A stretch of DNA of 60,007 nucleotides, counting the filler, from Stramenopiles sp. TOSAG23-2 (lineage: Eukaryota), in NCBI GenBank assembly GCA_900128395.1. It is 4 parts of 4 records of this genome, joined end to end, with 100 filler letters (N's around TTAATTAATTAA, not from the genome) between each part and the next. Parts side by side here need not be neighbours in the genome. Positions count along the whole stretch, not along the records: positions 1 to 14,953 come from LT649737.1; positions 15,054 to 29,990 come from LT649738.1; 2 more parts are not named here. One strand, written 5' to 3'. Both the position numbers and the translations under genes were made by a program. Below the pieces are notes generated by a model, which saw nothing but the letters and a program-made list of their open reading frames with translations, ran no database searches and was not told the origin of the DNA. This document shows, piece after piece, positions 11,987 through 23,199 of this stretch (positions are counted from its first letter, which is position 1; each line of letters opens with the position of its first letter).

Positions 11987-12261
11987 TATATGGTCAAGTA
12001 CGCGTAGGTTTGGCATCTTTATGATACTTCGTACCAGGGTATTATAATTTATGCGTAAATTAAAATTTTTACTCCATTATATATATATATAAAATAAATT
12101 ATGCGGTATGGTCATACAAAATTTTATAAAAATTACGGCTCGTATATAATACTCGTATGCATATATATATCATAAAATCTTTAAATTATAAATAAGAGAA
12201 TTTTTTATATTATATATATGATACACTTTCGCTCTTCGCACACACCTTTCTTACCTCCTTT

Positions 12262-14805
12262 TTACGAATCATCGTATGACATGCTCATAAACCCACCAAT
12301 ACTATCAAGGACACCATTTATTGTATCCCCAGTTACAGCACTAATCAGATTCTCTCCAGAAGTAATAGCGTTGGTAGCATTGGAAATAATATTATTAGTA
12401 GTATTACCATTATTATTTGTCGCCATTGTAGTATTCTTTTTGTTTTGAGAATATGATAGATTACTGGGAGTTACATGGTACAATCGCTCTACCTCTTTTA
12501 AAAATGAAATTTCAACTCGCAAACTTAATATTTTACCAATATCAGTTGGTGATAATATATTTGACATGGATGATTTATTGATTAATGGTGAATCTTTTAC
12601 ATCTGCTGGCCGTTCAACATTTAATAACCATACAAATACCTGCAATTCTTCCATTTGGCTACGAACGGAACCTTCTAATAATAGATTATTCATACCATCC
12701 ACCATTTTCCTTAAATCGGCTTGCAATATTAATGCACCTAATTCATTATATGCTTTACTTTTATACACTTTTATTAATATACCAGATAATGTATATGCAA
12801 AACATTGTAATAAACATGCAAACATTGGTGTCGATAATGATCTTTTACAACGTTTTATTAATCCATCTGGTGAATTCAATAAAGCTAAAAATGAATCGAC
12901 GTATCCGTCATTACTACGACGAAATTGATGTTCATCACTTGTTATATCAAACGATAATTGGACTAATTCTTTTCTTAATATTTCTTTTACATGTTCTATA
13001 TAACGATTAATAACATATTCAATGGAATGATCAGCCAATGAATCAAATCGTAATGCTAAATTTGTCAGATCATGTTTAAATGGATCTAATTTTTCTACCT
13101 TTCCAAAATTGTTTTGAAATTTTTGCAAAGCATACTTTAAAAATTGCTTTGTCTTGATCGATGCTGCTTCTGAGCTATTGATTGAAACAACCATTTCAAT
13201 TAATGTGATATCATGCAACTCATTTCGCTTTTTTCGTGAACCAGTACCTTTAATAGACAAAGTCGACATAGCATTACTCTTCTTCTTAATTAAATTATGA
13301 GGACTACTATTACCATTTTCTTCTTCTTCTTCCTCCTCATCATCATCTAAAAAGGTTTCCATTGCTTTTGACCATTTATCTTCTAATTTTTTTTCATTAC
13401 TACTTTTGGTACCATCATCATGATTATTATTATTACCACCACTATCATCATTGTTTTTGTTTTTCATTCCATTACTATTTTCTCCATTACCATTATTAAG
13501 AGCATTATTTGTGTAAATTATATCACCATTAGATACTAATGTTAACTCTTGCAATAAAAAGTCCTCCAAAGCCATTTTAATATGATTTGTAGTTGCACTA
13601 ACGGCAAATTCATACATAGACAACAATGATCGATCATATGCACTTCGTACTATGTAAAATGTATCATCTACTAATGATGAAATTTGCATTGATTCATCTG
13701 AGTAGTCTAATTCAGAAACCATTATAGCATTTTTCATATTTTTTGCTATGCAATATTGATCAATTATTAAATATGATGTAAGCATTTTTTGTACATCTAT
13801 TGAAATTGCTTTTGAATTAAACTTACTATTGATGTTTGTTGATACTATATTTTTTTGTTGATTTGAATTATTGTTGTTGATATTATTACTGTTATTATTA
13901 TTATTATTATTGTTACTTTGATTCATATTACTATTTTTCACTGCATCTTTTACTTTACTTAATAATAAATCTGCATACAATAAAAATTTATTTATTTCAC
14001 CACACAATATACTACATTCAGCAAGTGTAACGTCAATTATATCTTTCACAGCATTTTCATCCAATGATTGTGCACGACGTGGCAATTCTGCATTTCCTAA
14101 GACAAACATTTCCCATTGCAATAAATTTTTTCCTTCTTTAAATAATTTTAATATTTGCAAAATTGGATCATTTAAAGATAAACATAAATTATCCATAATA
14201 TCTAAATGATGGCTAGCATCCATACCAGGACATGGTGCTATATCTAAAAGGTATTTTGCTTCTGATAATACATTCTGGATTCCTGTTACATATGGAAAGG
14301 GGTCTTCCGTTTGCACATTTCCACCTTTTGATTGTTTACCTAACGTTGCTAAACGAACAATACTATGTAAACTTTTCAGCTCTTCAACAACATGATTTGT
14401 TAACGAATTTAAAGCGGTCGTTAAAAATTTTTTTAATTCCATTGCACTTTCATCTTTTTGACCACAAACAGAACATAATGCAAATAAATCAATACCTGTA
14501 TTTATGTCTCCCATATTCAACGCACCAATTGCACCTGGAATAATTTTATTTGAGAATTTACGTTTACAATCTTGTATCATTTCTATTTCAATATCTGATA
14601 CTTTATTTATTTTAGCATTCATTAATTTACACATATTACCTGCTTCTACATATCTATTTTCCAATAAATTTTCATAAAACTCTGCAATCAACGATTGTAA
14701 ATCTGGTTGATCATGTTCATCATGATTTGATGCTATTGAAGCCATCCCTTGATTTGTTCCGTGGTTGTTATTGCTGTTGTTGTTGTTGTTGTTGTTTTGT
14801 ATCAT
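12262..14805 (-). CDS. COG4: Conserved oligomeric Golgi complex subunit 4-like
   Basis: SSLVDDTFYIVRSAYDRSL and C-terminal YNELGALILQADLRKM...LSPTDIGKILSLRVE resemble COG4 conserved blocks. Confidence 0.72.
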   Translation of the reverse strand: MIQNNNNNNNSNNNHGTNQGMASIASNHDEHDQPDLQSLIAEFYENLLENRYVEAGNMCKLMNAKINKVSDIEIEMIQDCKRKFSNKIIPGAIGALNMGDINTGIDLFALCSVCGQKDESAMELKKFLTTALNSLTNHVVEELKSLHSIVRLATLGKQSKGGNVQTEDPFPYVTGIQNVLSEAKYLLDIAPCPGMDASHHLDIMDNLCLSLNDPILQILKLFKEGKNLLQWEMFVLGNAELPRRAQSLDENAVKDIIDVTLAECSILCGEINKFLLYADLLLSKVKDAVKNSNMNQSNNNNNNNNSNNINNNNSNQQKNIVSTNINSKFNSKAISIDVQKMLTSYLIIDQYCIAKNMKNAIMVSELDYSDESMQISSLVDDTFYIVRSAYDRSLLSMYEFAVSATTNHIKMALEDFLLQELTLVSNGDIIYTNNALNNGNGENSNGMKNKNNDDSGGNNNNHDDGTKSSNEKKLEDKWSKAMETFLDDDEEEEEEENGNSSPHNLIKKKSNAMSTLSIKGTGSRKKRNELHDITLIEMVVSINSSEAASIKTKQFLKYALQKFQNNFGKVEKLDPFKHDLTNLALRFDSLADHSIEYVINRYIEHVKEILRKELVQLSFDITSDEHQFRRSNDGYVDSFLALLNSPDGLIKRCKRSLSTPMFACLLQCFAYTLSGILIKVYKSKAYNELGALILQADLRKMVDGMNNLLLEGSVRSQMEELQVFVWLLNVERPADVKDSPLINKSSMSNILSPTDIGKILSLRVEISFLKEVERLYHVTPSNLSYSQNKKNTTMATNNNGNTTNNIISNATNAITSGENLISAVTGDTINGVLDSIGGFMSMSYDDS

Positions 14806-14953
14806 TGTTTTGGTACAAATAAATAAAATTAAAAAAATAATAAAAATTCAAAAAAAAACAAAAAAAAAAACAACGTGTAAGTGTGTGCATGGCCATGCAG
14901 GTTAGTAGCTATAGTACTAAATGTTACTGGAATGCCAGAATGCTGGAATGCCA

Positions 14954-15053
14954 NNNNNNNNNNNNNNNNNNNNNNNNNNNNNNNNNNNNNNNNNNNNTTA
15001 ATTAATTAANNNNNNNNNNNNNNNNNNNNNNNNNNNNNNNNNNNNNNNNNNNN
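14954..15053. other. Artificial scaffold linker
   Basis: N44-TTAATTAATTAA-N44 (stops in all six frames); identical at three places. Confidence 0.97.
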
Positions 15054-15578
15054 TATTATTTTCAGTTTTATAAATTGTTAATTTCAATATTTGTTTTGAA
15101 ACTTTTTTGGAGCTGCTTTGTGACATTTGTGACATCCATTAAATATATCTTTACACTTATAGCACCCATAGTACCTTTAATGTTGTATTGTATAATGGAT
15201 GATTTATTTAACAACTTTTTGCAAAACAAAACCCACCTAAGCTTGTATTCTTTGGTATATCAGTCACTGCTTTTAATCCCCAACCAGCTGATTTTGCAAA
15301 CGATGATTTTTCTATTGTAATCCAAGCTGTTCTTCTATATATAAGATGTTCCAGTAGTACATGTTTCCTATTGTCACTACCAATGCAGTCTTGTTATTGT
15401 TGCAGGTGTGCTTGTAATTTGTGGATGTTGTAGATGAAAATCTCTTTCTTCGTTTTCTAGGTGATTTCTGTATACTTGAAAACAAAGTTGATGTGACAAA
15501 TGGGAATCCAAATGATACTATCGTGGAAAACGAAAATGATGTGACAAATGGCAATCAAAATGATGTTATCGTTGAACA

Positions 15579-15982
15579 GTGGATGGAGGAGTGTTGTTTT
15601 TGTTCATGGGTGTGACATGTGACAAGACACAGATATATTTAGCCATAGGGCATTTTCCTGTCGAAAATAATGAAACAATGGAGCTGGTAATCAAGGAATT
15701 GAAAAAAGCATTTCCTGATTTTCATAAAATTGTATTCACACATCACTCTGATCAATCAGCAGCAATAATAAACTGAATGAAAGATGCATACCACCATTGG
15801 TAAAATCTTGGTGTCAAGCCCACAAAATAAGAGTGCAAAATAAGGCATTTAAAAACAAATATACCATGTTATCAACACAACATGAATTCCTTGTTGCAGG
15901 ATTATTGGAGAAATGTAAGAAGTCTGATCAATTAACTGATGGAGATATACATAAGATTAGACCACCTTCAGCTTCAAAGTAA
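15579..15982 (+). pseudogene. Decayed Mutator (MULE) transposase DDE-domain fragment
   Basis: GGVLFLFMGVTCDKTQIYLAIGHFPVENNETMELVIKELK...SDQSAAIIN*MKDAY/ VKSWCQAHKIR matches the MULE G-x-L...lA...E...SD...A...CxxH pattern; in-frame TGA at 15774-15776 and a frameshift near 15790. Confidence 0.65.
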
Positions 15983-16013
15983 GAAATTGTAATTGAGGAT
16001 AATATTTAAGTTA

Positions 16014-16121
16014 NNNNNNNNNNNNNNNNNNNNNNNNNNNNNNNNNNNNNNNNNNNNNNNNNNNNNNNNNNNNNNNNNNNNNNNNNNNNNNNNNNNNNNN
16101 NNNNNNNNNNNNNNNNNNNNN
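16014..16121. other. Assembly gap within scaffold
   Basis: 108 N with no linker motif. Confidence 0.95.
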
Positions 16122-16500
16122 TCTGTAAGAGATTGTATAAATTAAGTGCACCAGGGTAAACTACCAGGTACATAGCACTGTCCGGCTTATTTATAAACCA
16201 ATTATTACAGGAATAGAAAAAATTATAATAGATTTTCCCATTGTTATATGCTTTAATTTGATCTTAATCTGCCACCCATGTGCCCATCAAAATTGTGATG
16301 ATGAAGAAGAAGTTAAAAAAGTTGAAAAAAATAGATTTTTATTATAATTACGAATTAGAGATATAAATATATGTTTAGCATATATTGGAAAAGATAGAGT
16401 GTGTGTGAAAATATATAACTTTCTATACCCCCTTTCCCTTCCCCCCCCTTTTTTACCTGTATATCACACATATATAAATATATATATATATATATACACC

Positions 16501-17649
16501 ATGGCATTTTCTAGACCGCGGTCCTCCTCCTCCTCGAATCGATCAAATGGAAGTTCCAGAAAAGGAAATAATAATAATAATAAATATAATGAAAATTTAC
16601 ATATTAATTTACGTTTACGGGATAGATTTGAACAATTATTAAAAGCAAGAAATGTAGATCCAGCTACACAAGTCAATGCACTTCGACAACTTGTACTTTT
16701 AGAGGGGATACCAGAAGAGTCCATCACTGAACAAACGACTTGGACTACAAAATGCACCTTACGTGGCAAGATATGGAAAGTATTGCTTGGTGTGAATAAA
16801 GTGGATGCTGCACAATATATTAATTTAATTGCTAAAGGCCCGTCAAAACACTCTAGTAAAATTGATGACGATTTACACCGTACGCTGGCCTCTACTGTTT
16901 CATTTACATCACGAGTCCCGCAGGCAAAACTATGTCGGCTATTGAACAGCTACGTAAATGGTAGAGTACATCGCTCAAGATCAACTGGTAGGAATAGTAG
17001 CAAATCAGCATCTCCAGCAGCAAAAGATAATGAAAATACATATTACGTGCAAGGTATGAATTTATTAGCTGCGCCTATGTTATACGTTTTGCCAGAAGCA
17101 GATGCATATTGTGCATTTAGACATTTAGTCGTACATCATTGTCCACGATATGTGACTAAAATGTTAGTTGGTGCACATGATGGTGCAAAATTAACAGATC
17201 ACGTATTGAAGATATTCGATAACGAACTTTATACGTTTTTAAAGAAACAAATGTTATCAAGTAGTTTAACATTATTTCCAACAATATTGTCATTGAGTAC
17301 CAATAGAAAGCCATTTAGTGAAGTATTACGTTTATGGGATGTTTTATTTGCATATGGTGTTCATTTAAATATCATCTTTGCAGTGGCAAATTTGATTTTG
17401 ATACGTACTATCATACTCAATAATTCTCCCGCGGAGAATCAAAAGCTTTTAAACAAAGGGCAAGGAATGCCACCATTACGTTCAGATTTGATTATTACTT
17501 TGTCCATGCATTTGATACGAACAATACCAGAAGATTTGTATACAAAATTAGTTTTACACCCTTTTCACAAATTAGAGAACCAATATGCTTTAGAAGAAGG
17601 TATATCAGCATTGGATTTAATGCCTGGTAATAATAATACAAATAAATAA
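16501..17649 (+). CDS. BUB2: Bub2/Cdc16-like TBC GAP
   Basis: LRGKIWKVLLGV, KIDDDLHRT, YVQGMNLLAAPMLY, CPRYV...GAHDGAKL, EVLRLWDVLFAYGVHLN; first ATG at 16501. Confidence 0.82.
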   Translation: MAFSRPRSSSSSNRSNGSSRKGNNNNNKYNENLHINLRLRDRFEQLLKARNVDPATQVNALRQLVLLEGIPEESITEQTTWTTKCTLRGKIWKVLLGVNKVDAAQYINLIAKGPSKHSSKIDDDLHRTLASTVSFTSRVPQAKLCRLLNSYVNGRVHRSRSTGRNSSKSASPAAKDNENTYYVQGMNLLAAPMLYVLPEADAYCAFRHLVVHHCPRYVTKMLVGAHDGAKLTDHVLKIFDNELYTFLKKQMLSSSLTLFPTILSLSTNRKPFSEVLRLWDVLFAYGVHLNIIFAVANLILIRTIILNNSPAENQKLLNKGQGMPPLRSDLIITLSMHLIRTIPEDLYTKLVLHPFHKLENQYALEEGISALDLMPGNNNTNK

Positions 17650-17934
17650 TATATATATGTGTATGTATTTGGTCCAGTTTGGAAATATTTAGAGAGAGTT
17701 TTATATGATACGAAGTTCGTAATAGATTAGGAACATATATATGGTGAGAAGAGATATCATTATATGTATGATATTTTCGTATGCATAATATACGGAGTGT
17801 ATTATATTTTATATATACGAGTATCATATTATTTTCTTCTTTTTAAATAATTTTACTACGAATTATATCATATACCAACACTCCCTTCCTTGTATTTTAT
17901 ATTATTATTCATATAGTTTTTACGTACCTCTCCT

Positions 17935-20900
17935 TTATTTTATTAAAGAGAGAATATCCTCAACCAATTTCTTCCTTGATTTAGTTGCTGTTTTCAATTT
18001 TTCTTTTGCACTTGGTAAAAGTGCTTTTAATTCATCGATATTATCTTTTGAAGTTTCGTTGAAACGTTTTGCCTTTTTAGCTTCATTTGCGAATTTTTTT
18101 TCTAACTTCTCCAATGCTTCCTGTCTAGCAGCAATTTGTTTTTTAGCAATTTTTTCATCAAATTTAGCTATTTGTTTTTCACAGTATTTTACATTATATA
18201 ATAACACATTAATGCGTTGTTCTAGATTTGATACTTTTTTCAAACTTGTCTCCGCTTTTTTCTTATAGGTACTAGTCTCGCCAGTTTTGATCAATACATT
18301 AACATTGCTTATATAACCTTTGCCTTTTTGTTCAGCAGCTACTGCAGAATCCAATTCTTGAATAAGCTGCGTTAATTTTGTCATCTTTTCTTCACTGATT
18401 TGATTCTTTTCATCCATATCACTACGCTTGTTTTGTGCTGATTTTTCAGCAGCATTTACGACTCGTTTCAATCGTTGTATTTGATCACGGCATTTTATAA
18501 TATGTTCATCTCTTGATTGCAATAAATCACCCATTTCCTTATCTTTCGATTCTAAGTCTTTTACTTTTTTCCTCATATCTTGTAATCGAATGACATGGTC
18601 TTTCGCAATTTTTTGAGATTGTTTTGCATCTTTTGATTTCTTTTTTAATTGATTTTTCAAATCTTCAATTTCAAGTTCAAATGCGCTTGTATCAACTTGT
18701 TCTGGTTCCTTGTTTTCAAGTTTAGATAATTTAGCTTTTAATGATTTAATTTCTTTCGTCTTGCTTTTTGAATTTCCTTCAATCAATGCTAACTTTCGCT
18801 TCACGTTTTCCAACTCTTTTGCCATTTCTTCCGTATCCCCTTCTTTGGATTTCAACTTGTTCAGATCGCTTCCACGAGCTTTTAAATCTTTTTTCAATCG
18901 CTTGATTTGTATTAAATATTTTTCTATCTCTTTTTCTTTCTCTTTCAATGACTCTGTGGCTTTTTCCAATGCTTGTGAGATATTTGCTTTGCTTTTCAAT
19001 ACTTTTTTCAAATCATTCAATGCAGCTTCTAACTTTTTAATTTTAAAATCTTTATCTTTGTTCAATTTACGTGCTGCTTCTAAATCTTTTTGCATTTGTG
19101 CAATCAATTCATCCTTATCCTTCAATTTGTTTTTAATGGCTTGTAAATCGGATTTATATCCAACTGCCTCTTTAATTGCATTTTTACCTAATTGTTGTGC
19201 TTTCTTGTACTTTTGCGTCATGTTTTCCAACGCATTTTGTGCATCTTTCAATGCCATTTCCAACTCTTTTAATTTCTTTTCTAGATTTGACAAATGTAAA
19301 TTCGATGAATTTGAATCATCACTTATTGCTTTCATCTTTTTCGTTGCGTCATCCAAGGATTCTTGCATTTTCTTTCTTTCAAGTAATAAATCGCTAATTT
19401 TCTCATTTGCAACTTTCAATTCATCTGCTAATTGCTGTTTGCCAACTAGTAATTCTGTATGTTGATTGCTATTTCCTGATAATTCTGATTTCAATTTACG
19501 AGCTTCCGCTTTTAAATCATCAATCTCCTTTGCTTGCCTTTTAATACTATCTTGCCCGGCTTCGTATTGGACGGTCAATTTAACATGTTGATGTTTCAAA
19601 TCATCGAATTCACTTTTCAATGTCTTCAATTCTGTCTCGACTTTATTTTTCTCATCCTCCATTCGTTTTAATTTCATTTTTAATATAGAATTTTCATTTT
19701 CCAAATTGTTAATTTTAGCTTGTAATTTACCAATTTCCGTGCTTTGGTTCGCAATCGTTATTTGCTGACTTTCACATCGTTTGTTCAACATGTCTTTTTC
19801 TTGTTTCACTTCAGTAATATTGTACAACACCGTTTCGTTTGTTTTTCGTAATTTTGCTAATTGTTCTCTTAAATCATTAATAGTAATTACATAATTATTA
19901 GTCTTTGCTTCATTGTCCTCCGCCATTTTCTTTTTTAAATCATCCAATTGTTTTTGTAAAATATCGCCTCTTGATTTTTCTTCCAATATTTCCTTTGCAT
20001 GTTTTGCATTTAAATCTTTGATTTCAACTACAAATTTAGCTTCCGTTTCCCTATTTTTACGTTGTAATGCTTCATTAACTTGTTTTTCATTTGCATATAG
20101 TTTTGTCAATTCATCAATTTTGTGTTTTAAAGAATCAATTGCATTTAATTTTTCACGCAAATCTTTAATAACTTTTTGCTCTGCTTTTAATTGATTTGAT
20201 AATTTTCCATTTTTATTTTTTTCTTTGCTGTTGTCTTTTTTTAATTTTTCAATTTGTTTTTTAAGCTTTTCAATTTCTGCATTTAATGCTTCTTTTTCTT
20301 TCTCATCTTGCAATTTAAACTGATTTGTTGTTACTGATTTCTGCGCTTGCCATTTTTTGTATAAATCATTGTATTTCTTTTGCAATTCACGAATTTTAGC
20401 TTCTTCCTTTGCATTGTCTTTGTTATGATTGCGTACTTCAATTTTCAATCTTTCCTCCAACTCTCCAATACGAAGTTTTTGTACGCCTAATGCTCCTTTC
20501 ATAGCATTAATCTGCGTAATCAACGATTCTCGTTCACCTTGTAAACCTTTGATGTTTTTATTCAAACGTTCTACATTTGAAGCTTTGTTTGAATCATTCA
20601 ATTGTTCATTTTTCTCATGTAACTCAGATGCTAATTTCGTCACTTGAGCCCTTAATGCTTGGCATTCTGCTTCGATTTTTGCAATGGATGTTTTCTCTTT
20701 TGTACTTGCATTTTTCTCCACATTAAATGCAGCAATTACACGTTTCAATGACATGACTTCTTTCACTTTTTGTTTCAAAGATACTTTATGGTTTTTATCG
20801 ACTGCACCAAGCTGTTCTTTCATCTTTTTATTTTCATTTTCCAACTCGTTAATTTGCTTAACTTTAGCTTGTACTACGTGGTCGTTACTCTCCAATCGTT

Positions 20901-21768
20901 TCTTCAAATTTTTTATTTTAACATCTTTTGCATGAACTTCTGATTGCATTTTAGCTTTTGTAGCTTGAATTTTTTTGTGGTATGCAATGTTGTTTTCATA
21001 TTGTTGATTTTGTTGACGATTATTTTCAACAAAATTATTATTAGTATTGTTATTACCACGAGGTGTGCCAGCAAATGTCGTCATTCCTTCCCTGCTTTCA
21101 TTTTCTTTTTTCGATGCAAAATAATTACCTTTACCTTGCTGTTGTGTTAAATTCTGTTTTTTCCATTTCATCATTTGAACTTTATCTTGTGATATTTTTT
21201 TCTTTGGAACCATACCTGGAGGTGGCATGCCATTGTTTTGGAATGGTTTTTTTCCTCCATATTTGTTGTTGTTGTTGTTTTCTTCATTCGCCTCTTCATC
21301 TTGTGGAAATACATCCATATTATCACTTTCCTCATCTGAAGATGTATCATTAATTTCTGGTTTACTATTTCGTGTAACATTTCCATTATCATTTGATAAT
21401 TTGTAAGCCCGGCGAAAAGCTGGGACTTGTTGTTTAGGTGTTGATGGTTTGTTGTTGTTGCTATTGATATTAGAATTTAAATCTAATTGAGCTAACGCTT
21501 TGATTTTTGCAGATAATGCAGTTCGTGTATTCACGTTTTTAATAATTTTTTTCGTTTTATTAATTTGATTATTACGTTTTTGATATACCATAGTCTCCCT
21601 TGCAGATAATGATCCTGAGCGTTTGATATCATCATAGCTATTACGATTGACAGAATCACGAGCAGTTGATGGTACATTACGTTGATTACCAGCAGAAGAT
21701 GTCGAATTAATATGACGTAATTTTGGCACTTTGGTTTTACCCCATTTACCTCCTGTATTTATTTTCAT
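17935..21768 (-). CDS. Long coiled-coil protein
   Basis: 1277-aa ORF with about 1000 aa of continuous K/E/L heptads; no motor or ATPase motif seen. Confidence 0.8.
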   Translation of the reverse strand: MKINTGGKWGKTKVPKLRHINSTSSAGNQRNVPSTARDSVNRNSYDDIKRSGSLSARETMVYQKRNNQINKTKKIIKNVNTRTALSAKIKALAQLDLNSNINSNNNKPSTPKQQVPAFRRAYKLSNDNGNVTRNSKPEINDTSSDEESDNMDVFPQDEEANEENNNNNKYGGKKPFQNNGMPPPGMVPKKKISQDKVQMMKWKKQNLTQQQGKGNYFASKKENESREGMTTFAGTPRGNNNTNNNFVENNRQQNQQYENNIAYHKKIQATKAKMQSEVHAKDVKIKNLKKRLESNDHVVQAKVKQINELENENKKMKEQLGAVDKNHKVSLKQKVKEVMSLKRVIAAFNVEKNASTKEKTSIAKIEAECQALRAQVTKLASELHEKNEQLNDSNKASNVERLNKNIKGLQGERESLITQINAMKGALGVQKLRIGELEERLKIEVRNHNKDNAKEEAKIRELQKKYNDLYKKWQAQKSVTTNQFKLQDEKEKEALNAEIEKLKKQIEKLKKDNSKEKNKNGKLSNQLKAEQKVIKDLREKLNAIDSLKHKIDELTKLYANEKQVNEALQRKNRETEAKFVVEIKDLNAKHAKEILEEKSRGDILQKQLDDLKKKMAEDNEAKTNNYVITINDLREQLAKLRKTNETVLYNITEVKQEKDMLNKRCESQQITIANQSTEIGKLQAKINNLENENSILKMKLKRMEDEKNKVETELKTLKSEFDDLKHQHVKLTVQYEAGQDSIKRQAKEIDDLKAEARKLKSELSGNSNQHTELLVGKQQLADELKVANEKISDLLLERKKMQESLDDATKKMKAISDDSNSSNLHLSNLEKKLKELEMALKDAQNALENMTQKYKKAQQLGKNAIKEAVGYKSDLQAIKNKLKDKDELIAQMQKDLEAARKLNKDKDFKIKKLEAALNDLKKVLKSKANISQALEKATESLKEKEKEIEKYLIQIKRLKKDLKARGSDLNKLKSKEGDTEEMAKELENVKRKLALIEGNSKSKTKEIKSLKAKLSKLENKEPEQVDTSAFELEIEDLKNQLKKKSKDAKQSQKIAKDHVIRLQDMRKKVKDLESKDKEMGDLLQSRDEHIIKCRDQIQRLKRVVNAAEKSAQNKRSDMDEKNQISEEKMTKLTQLIQELDSAVAAEQKGKGYISNVNVLIKTGETSTYKKKAETSLKKVSNLEQRINVLLYNVKYCEKQIAKFDEKIAKKQIAARQEALEKLEKKFANEAKKAKRFNETSKDNIDELKALLPSAKEKLKTATKSRKKLVEDILSLIK

Positions 21769-23199
21769 TTTGTATAGTAGTATAGTTAATTATATAAATA
21801 TATCTATCTTCGGATATGGGGGAAAAAAAAAATGTCTTGTTTCTTTTAAAAAAAAAAAAATAAGTGGAAAAGTTTATATATATATATTAAACTGATTCAA
21901 ATGAAATGTTCTGCCAGATGATTATATACGTCTCTGTTTCTATTGCTTTGTATTCCTGGAAGAACACAATTGAATATACATATATACTGTGGGGTATATA
22001 TATATATGGTACTTATGATTTTGTACGCATAATTATTTAGCATGACAATAGGCCGTCGTGTGTTAAAATCATGATGAAACACCTCCAACGTTCCGGATAT
22101 GTCGAGTTAGCGTTAGGTTTTATACGATGATATAGTGCTATTTCTATGTAATATAATATAACATTACACAGTATTGATTTTTTTCCATCAATATTACTAC
22201 TAATATCGTTGCATTTTTTTCAACCTCAACCTATTGGGAGAAAAAGCATGATGCAATTCGGAAACTTTTTTGAACACATAGATAAATATATTTTTTGGTG
22301 TGATATCATCATTATTGTAAACTATATCACTAAAATATCAATACCAGTATCATAATTTCAAGTTGCCTAAATATCATTCAAAATGCCTAAATTACTAAAT
22401 ATCCTAAATATCATCATGTAAAACTTCCAATAGGGTTTAAATACGCTTAAAGACCTGCGATGGAAACTACTAGCTTTTAGAGCAGGTGACATTTAAAATG
22501 GTTGGTATTTTTTCGTCTCCTGTATCATGTAAGCTAAATATAAAGTCGGTGAGGATTTAGGCAGAGAGGTAATTTGTTCATTTTAAATGCCACCTACTCT
22601 CTATCCGCGTGCTTGGTTTCTTGTTTTCTGAATGTTAGTGTGTAAAATGTAATGCAATATGACATTAAAATAACACTACACAGCATTAAATTATCCATCA
22701 CATCTGCTTCTTGAACCAAAAAATAATAATAAAAATGACGTAAGTACAAGTTGATTGTGTAAATGAATATTTGCAAATGGAAAAGTAGCAAAAAGCGATT
22801 TTCAATATAATTATTATTAACTCAAACGAAAATATATTTAATTGACATACATTAATAATAGAAAGTAATAGACTGTATAGATTTAATTATTGTTTTTTTT
22901 TGTTTTGTAATATATATTAGTTGAATTATATTAATTTTAATAAAAATTAAAATATTATTTTTTTTTCCTTCCAAATTGCCGTTAACTAAAATATATAGTC
23001 GTCTATAGTATATATATATATATATCAATATATCAATATTTAATTTCGAGTTCATTTTTAGTTTTGGTGGACGATAATATATATTATTCAAAAGAAAGAG
23101 ATAAGCAATATTCATTGTATCAATTTTCCAGTTGCAAATACATATATATATATATATTTTTTTTCCTTACGTGTTTTAATACATACATATATAATCAAA

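Noticed and set aside
14998-15009. TTAATTAATTAA palindrome as a biological site (for example a piggyBac target)
   Set aside because: Always centred in N44 padding; it is a six-frame-stop assembly linker.
18059-21392. Many antisense or overlapping ORFs over long genes (also poly-Leu/Ile ORFs elsewhere)
   Set aside because: Shadow frames of K/E-rich coiled-coil and (AAT)n coding sequence; no independent motifs.
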